64,000 bases of DNA from Candidatus Enterousia sp. GTDB taxonomy: Bacteria > Pseudomonadota > Alphaproteobacteria > Rs-D84. The stretch is taken from contig JAZLDI010000005.1 in assembly GCA_045614665.1 (NCBI GenBank), positions 3,738 through 67,737 of the forward strand. The letters run 5' to 3'. Positions 27,577-35,170 of this stretch are shown one piece after another. Both the position numbers and the translations under genes were made by a program. Each line of letters starts with the position of its first letter. The first letter of the stretch is position 1. The notes below the pieces were generated by a model that was not told the origin of the DNA, searched no databases, and saw only the letters and a program-made list of their open reading frames with translations.

Positions 27577-28014
27577 ATGCATACATATAATGTTACGGCA
27601 AAATTGAAAGATACTTTTTATGGGGTTCCGATGATTTTAGGTGGTACACGTGGTCAAGATGCGCGTGCCCTGGGTGCGATGTCTGTGGGGATGGTGCGTA
27701 TGCGTGCGACCAATGGTCGTCATTATTGGTATTATTTTCTGAAAGATATTAAAAATCGTGACGTGGTAAGATTTTTAATGCGTCGTAATGGATTGAGTCC
27801 TGAATTCCATATGTCTAAATATTATGACCATGATAACAAGCAGCCAGCGTTTCGTGTTCGTGCACAGGATTTGATATCATACGATGATCTGATGCGTTTT
27901 ACCAATGATATCAAAGATGCCTTTGAGTCTGGAGATAAAGCAACTGTGGATATGTTGCGTTATATAGATACGATTAATAAAAGATTAAGTGATCGCAAGC
28001 AGAAATCGAAATAA
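27577..28014 (+). CDS. Hypothetical protein (145 aa)
   Basis: GGAG SD. No signal peptide and no recognised motif. Last gene before the terminator. Confidence 0.6.
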   Translation: MHTYNVTAKLKDTFYGVPMILGGTRGQDARALGAMSVGMVRMRATNGRHYWYYFLKDIKNRDVVRFLMRRNGLSPEFHMSKYYDHDNKQPAFRVRAQDLISYDDLMRFTNDIKDAFESGDKATVDMLRYIDTINKRLSDRKQKSK

Positions 28015-28044
28015 AAAATCCCCGTTTCGGGGGATTTTTATTTT
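28013..28044. terminator. Bidirectional terminator
   Basis: AAAAAATCCCCG-tttc-GGGGGATTTTTATTTT. Confidence 0.85.
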
Positions 28045-28535
28045 GCAACGACAACCATTGCTGTTCGTAAGATAGTGTCACCAAACATATATCCTGTTTG
28101 CATTTCATCGACGATGGTATTCGTTTCCGCATCGGGGGATTCAACAACCTGAATCGCGTTGTGAAACATTGGATTTAATTTTTCGCCAATTGATTCGATT
28201 TTTGTAATGCCGATTTGTGCAAATGCAGATTCCAAAGCGCGTGCCATTGATTGAATGCCCGCATCATCAGGGCTGTGCTTTAACGCTGCGTCAACCGCAT
28301 CCATTACCGGCAGAATTTTTTCAGCCACACCCATCGCACGATTGCGGGCACGCGATTCCGCATCCAATGCCGCGCGACGACGGGTGTTTTCCAATTCCGC
28401 CGCCAGGCGCAGGTATTTATCGTTCATTTGTGCCAAATCATCTTGTAATTTTGCGACATCGATATTTTCATTGGCCGGTGCATCGTTAATCGATACAGAT
28501 TCTATTTCTACTTCTTTGTTTTCGTCTTTGTGCAT
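28038..28535 (-). CDS. grpE: Nucleotide exchange factor GrpE
   Basis: YLRLAAELENTRRRA...ILPVMDAVDAAL...HNAIQVVES...VDEMQTGYMFGDTILRTAMVVVAK. Confidence 0.93.
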   Translation of the reverse strand: MHKDENKEVEIESVSINDAPANENIDVAKLQDDLAQMNDKYLRLAAELENTRRRAALDAESRARNRAMGVAEKILPVMDAVDAALKHSPDDAGIQSMARALESAFAQIGITKIESIGEKLNPMFHNAIQVVESPDAETNTIVDEMQTGYMFGDTILRTAMVVVAK

Positions 28536-28564
28536 TTCAATTCCATTTTGTTACAAGTATAGAA

Positions 28565-29269
28565 TTATTTAACACTGGTTATTATAGGTATGAAATCGTC
28601 ACATTTCAAGGATGCGCCACCAACCAAAACGCCATCTACGTTCGGTATCGACATAATTTCGGCCGCGTTTGAACCCTTGACCGAGGCACCATATAATATC
28701 GGTGTGCCCGCCAACCCCATTTCACGCAATGTTTTCGCAATCAGGGCGTGGGCCTCGGCTATTTCTGCCTCTGTTGGTGTCAGCCCCGCGCCAATTGCCC
28801 AGCGTGGTTCGTATGCGATTATAATCGGTGTGTTTACATCAGATGGAACGGATTCACGAACGCCTGATTCAATAACCGCCATTGTTTTGCCAGCTTGCTT
28901 TTCATCCATTGTTTCGCCAACGCAAATAATTGGAATCAGACCATTTGCCAATGCTTGGGTCGCTTTGTCACGGACGATGCTGTTGTTTTCCTCGTGATAT
29001 TGGCGACGTTCGCTGTGGCCGACGATTACATATTTTGCACCCGTATCTGCAATCATTTGGGCGGAAACTTCGCCGGTGTATGCGCCGTGTGTGTGGGTGC
29101 TTACGTCTTGTGCTCCCAAGGAAACACGACCCGTTGTCAGTCCCAACATAGTGTAAGGAACGCATAAAATAACAGTGTTGTTTGTTTCAATGTTTTGTAA
29201 TTCTGCAACCATTTCCGTTAATGCTGCGCGCGAACCATTCATTTTCCAGTTGCCTGCAATAATTTTCAT
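28565..29269 (-). CDS. tpiA: Triosephosphate isomerase
   Basis: AGNWKMNGS, VGHSERR, ICVGE, IAYEPRWAIGAG, YGASVK. Confidence 0.96.
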   Translation of the reverse strand: MKIIAGNWKMNGSRAALTEMVAELQNIETNNTVILCVPYTMLGLTTGRVSLGAQDVSTHTHGAYTGEVSAQMIADTGAKYVIVGHSERRQYHEENNSIVRDKATQALANGLIPIICVGETMDEKQAGKTMAVIESGVRESVPSDVNTPIIIAYEPRWAIGAGLTPTEAEIAEAHALIAKTLREMGLAGTPILYGASVKGSNAAEIMSIPNVDGVLVGGASLKCDDFIPIITSVK

Positions 29270-29336
29270 TGATTTTCCCCTTTTTTCGTTGCTTTTTATT
29301 AATTTGTTTTGCTATGGTAACGCAAAAGGGGATAAA

Positions 29337-30749
29337 ATGCTAGAATATTTACGTAATGCAGCGGAAAAACCGTTGGCGAAATTTTTAATCACTTTGTTGG
29401 CGTTCTCGTTCGTGGGATGGGGTGTTGCCGAATGGATTTTTGGTAATGTTGTCGGCGATAATACATTGATTCGTGTTGGAAATGGTGAAATTACATATCA
29501 ACAATTTTCAATGGAACGAAATCGTGAAATGGCCGCGATGAGTCGCGAAGAGCAACGTGCTGTGTATACTGACCCAATTGTCGCGGATCAGTTGGCAACG
29601 CGTGTATTATCAAATCTGACGACGCAAAGAATGGCGGAAAATCGTGCAGATGATTTGGGCTTTGTGGTATCTGATGCACGAATCGCACGGGAAATTCGCG
29701 CGTTCCCTGAATTTCAGGAAAATGGTCAATTTTCGGCATATTTGTTTGATTATGTGCTGAATAATTCGGGCTATACCGAATCGCAATTTGCGGCGATTCT
29801 GCGCTCTCAGGTTTTGCGTTCAATGGTGCTGGGGGCGGTTGCAGCACCCGTTAATGTGCCGGCGTTTGCAACGCGTGCAATGTATAATGCCCGCTATGCT
29901 ACGCGTGATATTGAATACGCAACAGTAAAGTATGATGATTTCAAGGTCGCAAATCCATCTGATGATGATTTGCGTGGCTTTTATGCCCAGAATCCACGCA
30001 CTGTGCCAGAATTTAGAACCATTTCATATGTTTTGGTTCCGGCGGATATGTCAAAACCAGATGAATATGATGCGGCATATGAAACCGCGATTAAGGTCGA
30101 AGATGATATTATCGCTGGTGAAACCTTTGCGGATGTTGCCAAAAAGCATAAGGCAAAATATGTGTCTTTGAAACCATTTAGTGCGGATAAGCGTCCGGTG
30201 GATGAAATACTGACGGACAAGGTTATTGCAAATCTGTTTGATATGGACGAGGGAATGGAATCAGAAATGATTGAAACGAAAAAAGGGTTTGTAATTGCGC
30301 GGGTTGATAAAATTGCGCCCGCACATACCCAAGAATTCGAATCGGTAAAAAAAGATTTGGTTGCCGATTGGAAACGCGGGGAACAGAAAAAGAAAGCCTA
30401 TGTTCGTGCAAATGAAATGTTGGTTGATTTGAACAAAGATGGTAAATTGAACGGTAAAAAGTCTGTGAATGTTTCACGTACATCGGGGGCGCCGGTTGAT
30501 GTTTTGAACGCGGCATTTAATAGCCCGGTTGAAACGAATACCATTGTTCCAGGGGCGAATGCGTTCTATGTCTTGCGTGTTGTGGATGAAAAAATGCCGA
30601 TGGTTGACACCAAGAAGATGGATGCGCTGAACAAAGAATTAAAGACATCGTCCGAACGTGTGTTGATGGATGATTATAATTCGTTCCTGATACGTGAATA
30701 TCCGGTGCGTGTAAACGAAAAAGTTTATAAACGTGTATTTGCAAAATAA
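29337..30749 (+). CDS. PpiD-like periplasmic chaperone (SurA-N / PPIase-fold family)
   Basis: Start at ATG 29337 (the 29175 extension would overlap tpiA). N-terminal membrane anchor LAKFLITLLAFSFVGWGV, then PpiD-like architecture. Confidence 0.7.
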   Translation: MLEYLRNAAEKPLAKFLITLLAFSFVGWGVAEWIFGNVVGDNTLIRVGNGEITYQQFSMERNREMAAMSREEQRAVYTDPIVADQLATRVLSNLTTQRMAENRADDLGFVVSDARIAREIRAFPEFQENGQFSAYLFDYVLNNSGYTESQFAAILRSQVLRSMVLGAVAAPVNVPAFATRAMYNARYATRDIEYATVKYDDFKVANPSDDDLRGFYAQNPRTVPEFRTISYVLVPADMSKPDEYDAAYETAIKVEDDIIAGETFADVAKKHKAKYVSLKPFSADKRPVDEILTDKVIANLFDMDEGMESEMIETKKGFVIARVDKIAPAHTQEFESVKKDLVADWKRGEQKKKAYVRANEMLVDLNKDGKLNGKKSVNVSRTSGAPVDVLNAAFNSPVETNTIVPGANAFYVLRVVDEKMPMVDTKKMDALNKELKTSSERVLMDDYNSFLIREYPVRVNEKVYKRVFAK

Positions 30750-30777
30750 AAAATCCCGCCGATGGCGGGGTTTTTTA
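30748..30777 (+). terminator. Rho-independent terminator
   Basis: AAAAAATCCCGCC-gat-GGCGGGGTTTTTT. Confidence 0.85.
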
Positions 30778-30864
30778 GTGATTAGTGTAAGTGGTTAGTG
30801 AATGCACTATGATGTGCGGCATTCGCCGCACACAAACACTATCCACTAGCACTAACCACTAAAC
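30774..30864. repeat. Imperfect 90-nt palindrome built from TAGTG / CACTA heptad arrays
   Basis: 11-bp outer stem (30790-30800 with 30850-30860) and 7-bp inner stem GTGCGGC-attc-GCCGCAC (30814-30831). TAGTG occurs 3-4 times on the left arm and CACTA 4 times on the right, at 6-7 nt spacing. Confidence 0.75.
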
Positions 30865-30986
30865 TTTTATTTAGCGAAGTAGTTACGTATACTATATCAC
30901 AACCCTGGCTTATGCTGTTTCGTCTACGGTGTGTATTGGATTTGTCAATAAGTTAACGCCCCAGGTGGGGCGTTGTTGTTATGGGA

Positions 30987-32225
30987 TTATGATAATTTGT
31001 GTATTACCAAACCACTGCGCAGTTTTGGTTCAAACCACGTTGTTTTTGGTGGCATAATATTGCCCGTGTCTGCAATATCTATAATTTGACGCATTGTAAC
31101 CGGATACAGTGCAAAGGCCGCAACCATTTCGCCACTGTCGACGCGTTTTTGCAATTCGCCCAGGCCACGAATACCACCAACAAAATCGATGCGGGTGCTG
31201 GTGCGTAAATCCCCCAGGTTTAATATCTTGTCAAATACCATGTTGGATAATACCGTCACGTCCAGTACGCCAATTGGATCGTTGTCGTTGTATGTGCCGG
31301 CCTTGGCGGTCATTGAATACCATTTCCCATCCAGATACATCCCGAAATTGTGCAAGGCGTTTGGCGTGTAAATTTCAGTACCCATTTCAACCACATCAAA
31401 TGATTCTGATACGCGTGCCAAAAATTCGGACGGTGTCAATCCGTTCAAATCACGTACAACACGGTTATAGTCGATGATGTTTAATTGACTTTCTGGGAAT
31501 ATCACCGCCAGGAAGAAATTATATTCTTCGTCGCCGGTGTGGTTTGGATTTGCCGCACGTTTTTCCGCACCAACACGTGCCGCCGCCGCCGTGCGATGAT
31601 GGCCATCTGCAACGTACAGGGCAGGGATATTTGCAAAGATTTCAGTAATGCGTGCATTGGTCGCAGCATCGCGAATTACCCAAAACGTGTGACCAAAACC
31701 GTCGGGTGCAACAAAGTCGTATTCGGGGGCTTGGTCTTTTACAATTTTTGCAACGATTTCGTTCATTTCAGCAACGTCTGGGTATGCAAAGAATACCGGT
31801 TCAATATTCGCATCCTGGATACGTACGTGAATCATACGGTCGTCTTCTTTGTCGCGGCGGGTCAGTTCGTGTTTCTTGATTTTTCCCGTCATATAATCGT
31901 CTACGTTTGCGGCCGCAACCAGACCGTATTGTGTTTTACCGTTCATTGTCTGGGCATAGATATAGTACAGTTCGGCGTCATCTTGGACCAGCCAGCCACG
32001 ATCCTGCCACAGTTTGAAGTTCTCGACGGCTTTGTCATAGACGGGTTGACTGTGTTCATCGGCGATTGGGTCAAAATCAATTTCTGGCTTGATGATGTGC
32101 AGTAATGATTTTTCGCCGGCTTCGGCCTGGGCTTCGGCTGAATTTAATACGTCATATGGACGTGATGCAACGTCCGCGGCGATTTCACGTGGTGGACGAA
32201 CACCGGCAAATGGTTTGATTTTCAT
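30987..32225 (-). CDS. DUF1015 family protein
   Basis: MKIKPFAGVRPP...ASRPYDVLNSAEA is a characteristic DUF1015 N-terminus. ADGHHR motif. Confidence 0.85.
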   Translation of the reverse strand: MKIKPFAGVRPPREIAADVASRPYDVLNSAEAQAEAGEKSLLHIIKPEIDFDPIADEHSQPVYDKAVENFKLWQDRGWLVQDDAELYYIYAQTMNGKTQYGLVAAANVDDYMTGKIKKHELTRRDKEDDRMIHVRIQDANIEPVFFAYPDVAEMNEIVAKIVKDQAPEYDFVAPDGFGHTFWVIRDAATNARITEIFANIPALYVADGHHRTAAAARVGAEKRAANPNHTGDEEYNFFLAVIFPESQLNIIDYNRVVRDLNGLTPSEFLARVSESFDVVEMGTEIYTPNALHNFGMYLDGKWYSMTAKAGTYNDNDPIGVLDVTVLSNMVFDKILNLGDLRTSTRIDFVGGIRGLGELQKRVDSGEMVAAFALYPVTMRQIIDIADTGNIMPPKTTWFEPKLRSGLVIHKLS

Positions 32226-32269
32226 AATTACTCCTTTGATACCTGTGGGGGAATTATATCGTAAAATTA

Positions 32270-32300
32270 TAAAATATCAAATGCCCCGTATGGGGCATTT
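32270..32300 (-). terminator. Terminator downstream of the hydrolase gene (minus strand)
   Basis: ATGCCCC-gtat-GGGGCAT hairpin (32281-32298) with a T-rich tail on the minus strand. Confidence 0.6.
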
Positions 32301-32303
32301 TGT

Positions 32304-33383
32304 TTAATCGATTTTCACGGATGTGATTGTTTCGCGTTTTATTTCATCCAGTGGGTGATACTGAAATTCCACATTGGCAAAGTCAATCTTGTCCATTTCT
32401 ATTTTCCGAATCGAACGATTATACATTGTGTGATAGTAAATTGTTCGATTAGTCAGGTCTGTTGCAACCGTCCACTGGGTCGCAGATGGCATATTGTTTG
32501 GTGCTTTGCCGACGGCGAACTGAACACCCAATGGCACATCAAAGTTGTTCAAGATATGAAATGCCTGCATTACGGTGTTGTATGCGTTGTCTTGCTGTAA
32601 AGAATATGTTTTCAAGAATGATGCACGAACAAAGCGTGATGGCGGGGTAAAGTCCCCAGGCAGCCCCAAGAATCCCGCGCCCGAACCAAATGCGCGCAAT
32701 TCAATTGGTCCAAATTCGGTTGGACCCGCGCCACCCGGTTTCAGGTTTACATAATTGTCCAGGTTTGTCATATGCCATTGGAATCCTGGGGAATTAGTAA
32801 GGACGCCGACTTCGTTCTCGTAAAAGTTGGGAACGCCATTTACGATTTCAAGGACGACCTGGCGGCCGGTGACATCGGTTATGCGCCAATGTACGGTTGA
32901 TGCAGATGGGTCTATGTTAATAATGCGAATATCGTTGATGGCAGCTTTGACTTGGTCGATGGTGGCAAATCGTGACAGTATCCAAGATACGACCTGAAAA
33001 TCAGCCAGGGATATGTCTTTGTTTTCTTCGTTATATGGTTCGTATTCACCATAGTTTGGAAAATAGAACAGTGCGGCCGACAGTCCCGCTTCGTTTGTGC
33101 CGTCAACGACAAATTCGGGCTGTTCAACCGCCATACCAACATATCCATACAGTGCGGAAAATTCCAGACCGCCAGATTTGCCATTGGGTAATAATGATTG
33201 TTGAGTATGGCCACGGGGCACAACGGTATAGATATTATTCATTTCTGTTCCCGACCAATCAATGGTTCGGGCAACAACGACGGATTTATCTTTGGCCTTT
33301 AATGTGATGCCGGTACAGGCATCAGCCACATTTATTAACGCCAGGCACGCCAATAATGTTGCACAGAATTGTATTTTTTGCAT
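32304..33383 (-). CDS. Secreted choloylglycine hydrolase family enzyme (Ntn linear-amide C-N hydrolase; bile-salt hydrolase / penicillin V acylase type)
   Basis: Signal peptide ending ...NVADA, then the nucleophile Cys in CTGITLKAKD...ARTIDW. 359 aa. Confidence 0.85.
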   Translation of the reverse strand: MQKIQFCATLLACLALINVADACTGITLKAKDKSVVVARTIDWSGTEMNNIYTVVPRGHTQQSLLPNGKSGGLEFSALYGYVGMAVEQPEFVVDGTNEAGLSAALFYFPNYGEYEPYNEENKDISLADFQVVSWILSRFATIDQVKAAINDIRIINIDPSASTVHWRITDVTGRQVVLEIVNGVPNFYENEVGVLTNSPGFQWHMTNLDNYVNLKPGGAGPTEFGPIELRAFGSGAGFLGLPGDFTPPSRFVRASFLKTYSLQQDNAYNTVMQAFHILNNFDVPLGVQFAVGKAPNNMPSATQWTVATDLTNRTIYYHTMYNRSIRKIEMDKIDFANVEFQYHPLDEIKRETITSVKID

Positions 33384-33456
33384 AAAATCCCCCTTTGGTT
33401 TATATAAATAAATTATTTATATTAAAGGGACTTAAAACCACAGGAACCTATGACTA

Positions 33457-33990
33457 TTAGTCCGTCAGTAATGGGCGCCATATAGCCATTACGTCGTCAA
33501 AGTTTGCATACATTGCCAAAAAATCTATCGTTTCATCAATTATTTCCAACTGGTGTGGTGACCATTTCAGGTCGTCACGATTGCGTAATTCGCAATCGAA
33601 ATAATCACGAACAGATGATGCGCCATCTTCGTGCGTCACATGATTTTGTTCGAAATTCGCACTGTGCCAATCGCAAATCATTTCAATCAATATTATGTCA
33701 GATACAGCACCTATATTATCATAGTGTTCGATATGGTGGGGTTGCATTCGATGATGTTCGGCGTGCATTTCAGACCATAAATCGTGGCGTGCAGCACTTA
33801 GTGTAAATTCTGGATGATATTTTGCATAATTCATATATGCGTACGCGGTCTGCATAGTGCCCGAATTTTTATCGTTATCGTGTTCTGGAAAATGATACCC
33901 CAGCAGTCCCGCAAAATAATTCAGGCAATCAATGTGTGCCGTAGTGCGCCGATGATGAAATTCCATAATTGTGCTAAGTCTTATATTCAT
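33457..33990 (-). CDS. Hypothetical protein, HD-like / DUF5662-like
   Basis: Start at ATG 33990 (the longer ORF would overlap tRNA-Gln). Motifs FPEHDNDK, HAEHHRMQPHHIEHY and LIEMICDW. Confidence 0.55.
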   Translation of the reverse strand: MNIRLSTIMEFHHRRTTAHIDCLNYFAGLLGYHFPEHDNDKNSGTMQTAYAYMNYAKYHPEFTLSAARHDLWSEMHAEHHRMQPHHIEHYDNIGAVSDIILIEMICDWHSANFEQNHVTHEDGASSVRDYFDCELRNRDDLKWSPHQLEIIDETIDFLAMYANFDDVMAIWRPLLTD

Positions 33991-34026
33991 AATGGGAATT
34001 GTATCATAATCGTGTAAAAATTTTAA

Positions 34027-34055
34027 TTGCAAAGTGATTTTAATCGTTATATAAT
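34027..34055 (+). promoter_or_regulatory. Promoter of tRNA-Gln (TTGCAA-N17-TATAAT)
   Basis: TTGCAA at 34027-34032 and TATAAT at 34050-34055. The tRNA starts at 34067. Confidence 0.6.
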
Positions 34056-34066
34056 CTGCGTCGCAT

Positions 34067-34140
34067 TGGGGCATAGTTTAATGGTAGAACTCCGGACTCT
34101 GACTCCGTCAGTGTTGGTTCGAATCCAGCTGCCCCAACCA
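34067..34140 (+). tRNA. tRNA-Gln (anticodon CUG)
   Basis: 7-bp acceptor stem TGGGGCA/TGCCCCA (U1-A72 as in bacterial tRNA-Gln), anticodon loop CT-CTG-AC, T-arm GGTTCGAATCC, encoded CCA. Confidence 0.9.
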
Positions 34141-34148
34141 AGATAAAC

Positions 34149-34178
34149 AAACCCGCCAATAAAGGCGGGTTTTATTTT
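34149..34178 (+). terminator. Terminator after tRNA-Gln
   Basis: AAACCCGCC-aataaa-GGCGGGTTTTATTTT. Confidence 0.8.
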
Positions 34179-34233
34179 GTTTTCCAATATTTCTAACAAG
34201 TTCGAATATTGACAAATCAAAAATCATTGTTTT

Positions 34234-34262
34234 TTGAACTTTCGAATACACTATGCTATAAT
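34234..34262 (+). promoter_or_regulatory. Promoter TTGAAC-N17-TATAAT placed 7 nt before ATG 34270
   Basis: TTGAAC at 34234-34239 and TATAAT at 34257-34262. No SD between the -10 element and the ATG. Confidence 0.5.
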
Positions 34263-34269
34263 GTTGGGT

Positions 34270-34950
34270 ATGATTAAGAATATAAAAGACAAAACTAAAT
34301 ACATATTATGGCGATTGGGGCTGCGTAAAACTATTCCCGCATCTATAATTAACAATATACCAATCAAAGAAAATAACGAAGAATTGGTTGATATTATGGG
34401 GGATAAAACGCTACATTTTTCATCGGATTTAAAACAGCGCAAAAATGTCTATCTGCGAAAAACAGTATATGATAAAATTAAACAAGCACAAAAGATATTA
34501 CCTGATAATTATTTTTTTAAAATATATTCTGCATTCCGCTCCCATGATGAACAGGTTCAATTATGGAATATAAATTATCAAAAAATAAAAATTGCCAACC
34601 CTGATTTATCAGAACAAGAAATTATAATTAAAACCAAGGCGTTTTGTGCTGATCCACGATTTGGTTTTGGTGGTCATCAAACGGGTGGTGCCATAGATAT
34701 TTCTTTGTGCGATAAAAATGGGAAAGATTACGATATGGGCACGAACTATCTGGAAACAAATAATAAAACTTTTACTAATTCAAAAAACTTAACCGCAAAA
34801 CAAAAATACAATAGAAAAATTTTAAGAACGGTTTTGGAAAATGTGGGCTTCAAGAACTATCCTGGCGAATGGTGGCATTTCTGTTATGGGGACAGAATGT
34901 GGGCCGCATATTCAAAAAAACATATTGCGTTATATGGTATGCCAAAATAA
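34270..34950 (+). CDS. D-alanyl-D-alanine dipeptidase (VanX/DdpX, peptidase M15D)
   Basis: SAFRSHDEQVQLW, GGHQTGGAIDISL, GEWWHF. Start uncertain (34261 or 34270). Confidence 0.85.
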   Translation: MIKNIKDKTKYILWRLGLRKTIPASIINNIPIKENNEELVDIMGDKTLHFSSDLKQRKNVYLRKTVYDKIKQAQKILPDNYFFKIYSAFRSHDEQVQLWNINYQKIKIANPDLSEQEIIIKTKAFCADPRFGFGGHQTGGAIDISLCDKNGKDYDMGTNYLETNNKTFTNSKNLTAKQKYNRKILRTVLENVGFKNYPGEWWHFCYGDRMWAAYSKKHIALYGMPK

Positions 34951-35045
34951 TTTACAATTCTAATTTCTCTTTTACCTTATCAATCTTTCGCCCAATCTCT
35001 GCCAACTCGGCTCGCAAATTGCACAGACAGCACAACCAAGATTCA

Positions 35046-35072
35046 AACGTCCCATGTGGGCGTTTTATTTTT
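35046..35072 (+). terminator. Terminator about 100 nt after the dipeptidase gene
   Basis: AACG(T)CCC-atgt-GGGCGTT followed by TTTATTTTT. Confidence 0.6.
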
Positions 35073-35170
35073 GTTTTATAAATTAAAAACGATGTTTTTT
35101 TATGTTGAATATTCAGAATAATTTGCTATGAATATATCCATACAGATTTAATAAGAGAAGGAGACCCCAT

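Noticed and set aside
29175-29336. N-terminal extension of the ppiD-like ORF; similar extensions at 46351-46494, 52352-52444, 44280-44321, 38561-38581, 2710-2727 and 33991-34074.
   Set aside because: The extensions overlap the neighbouring gene, tRNA or terminator and lack an SD. Internal ATGs with an SD give proper signal peptides or canonical N-termini.
31485-32105. 206-aa plus-strand ORF inside the DUF1015 gene; similarly 37448-38086 (minus) in the autotransporter and 15329-15931 (minus) in the 13946 gene.
   Set aside because: All are long antisense ORFs within well-supported genes. Their composition is biased and they lack translation signals.
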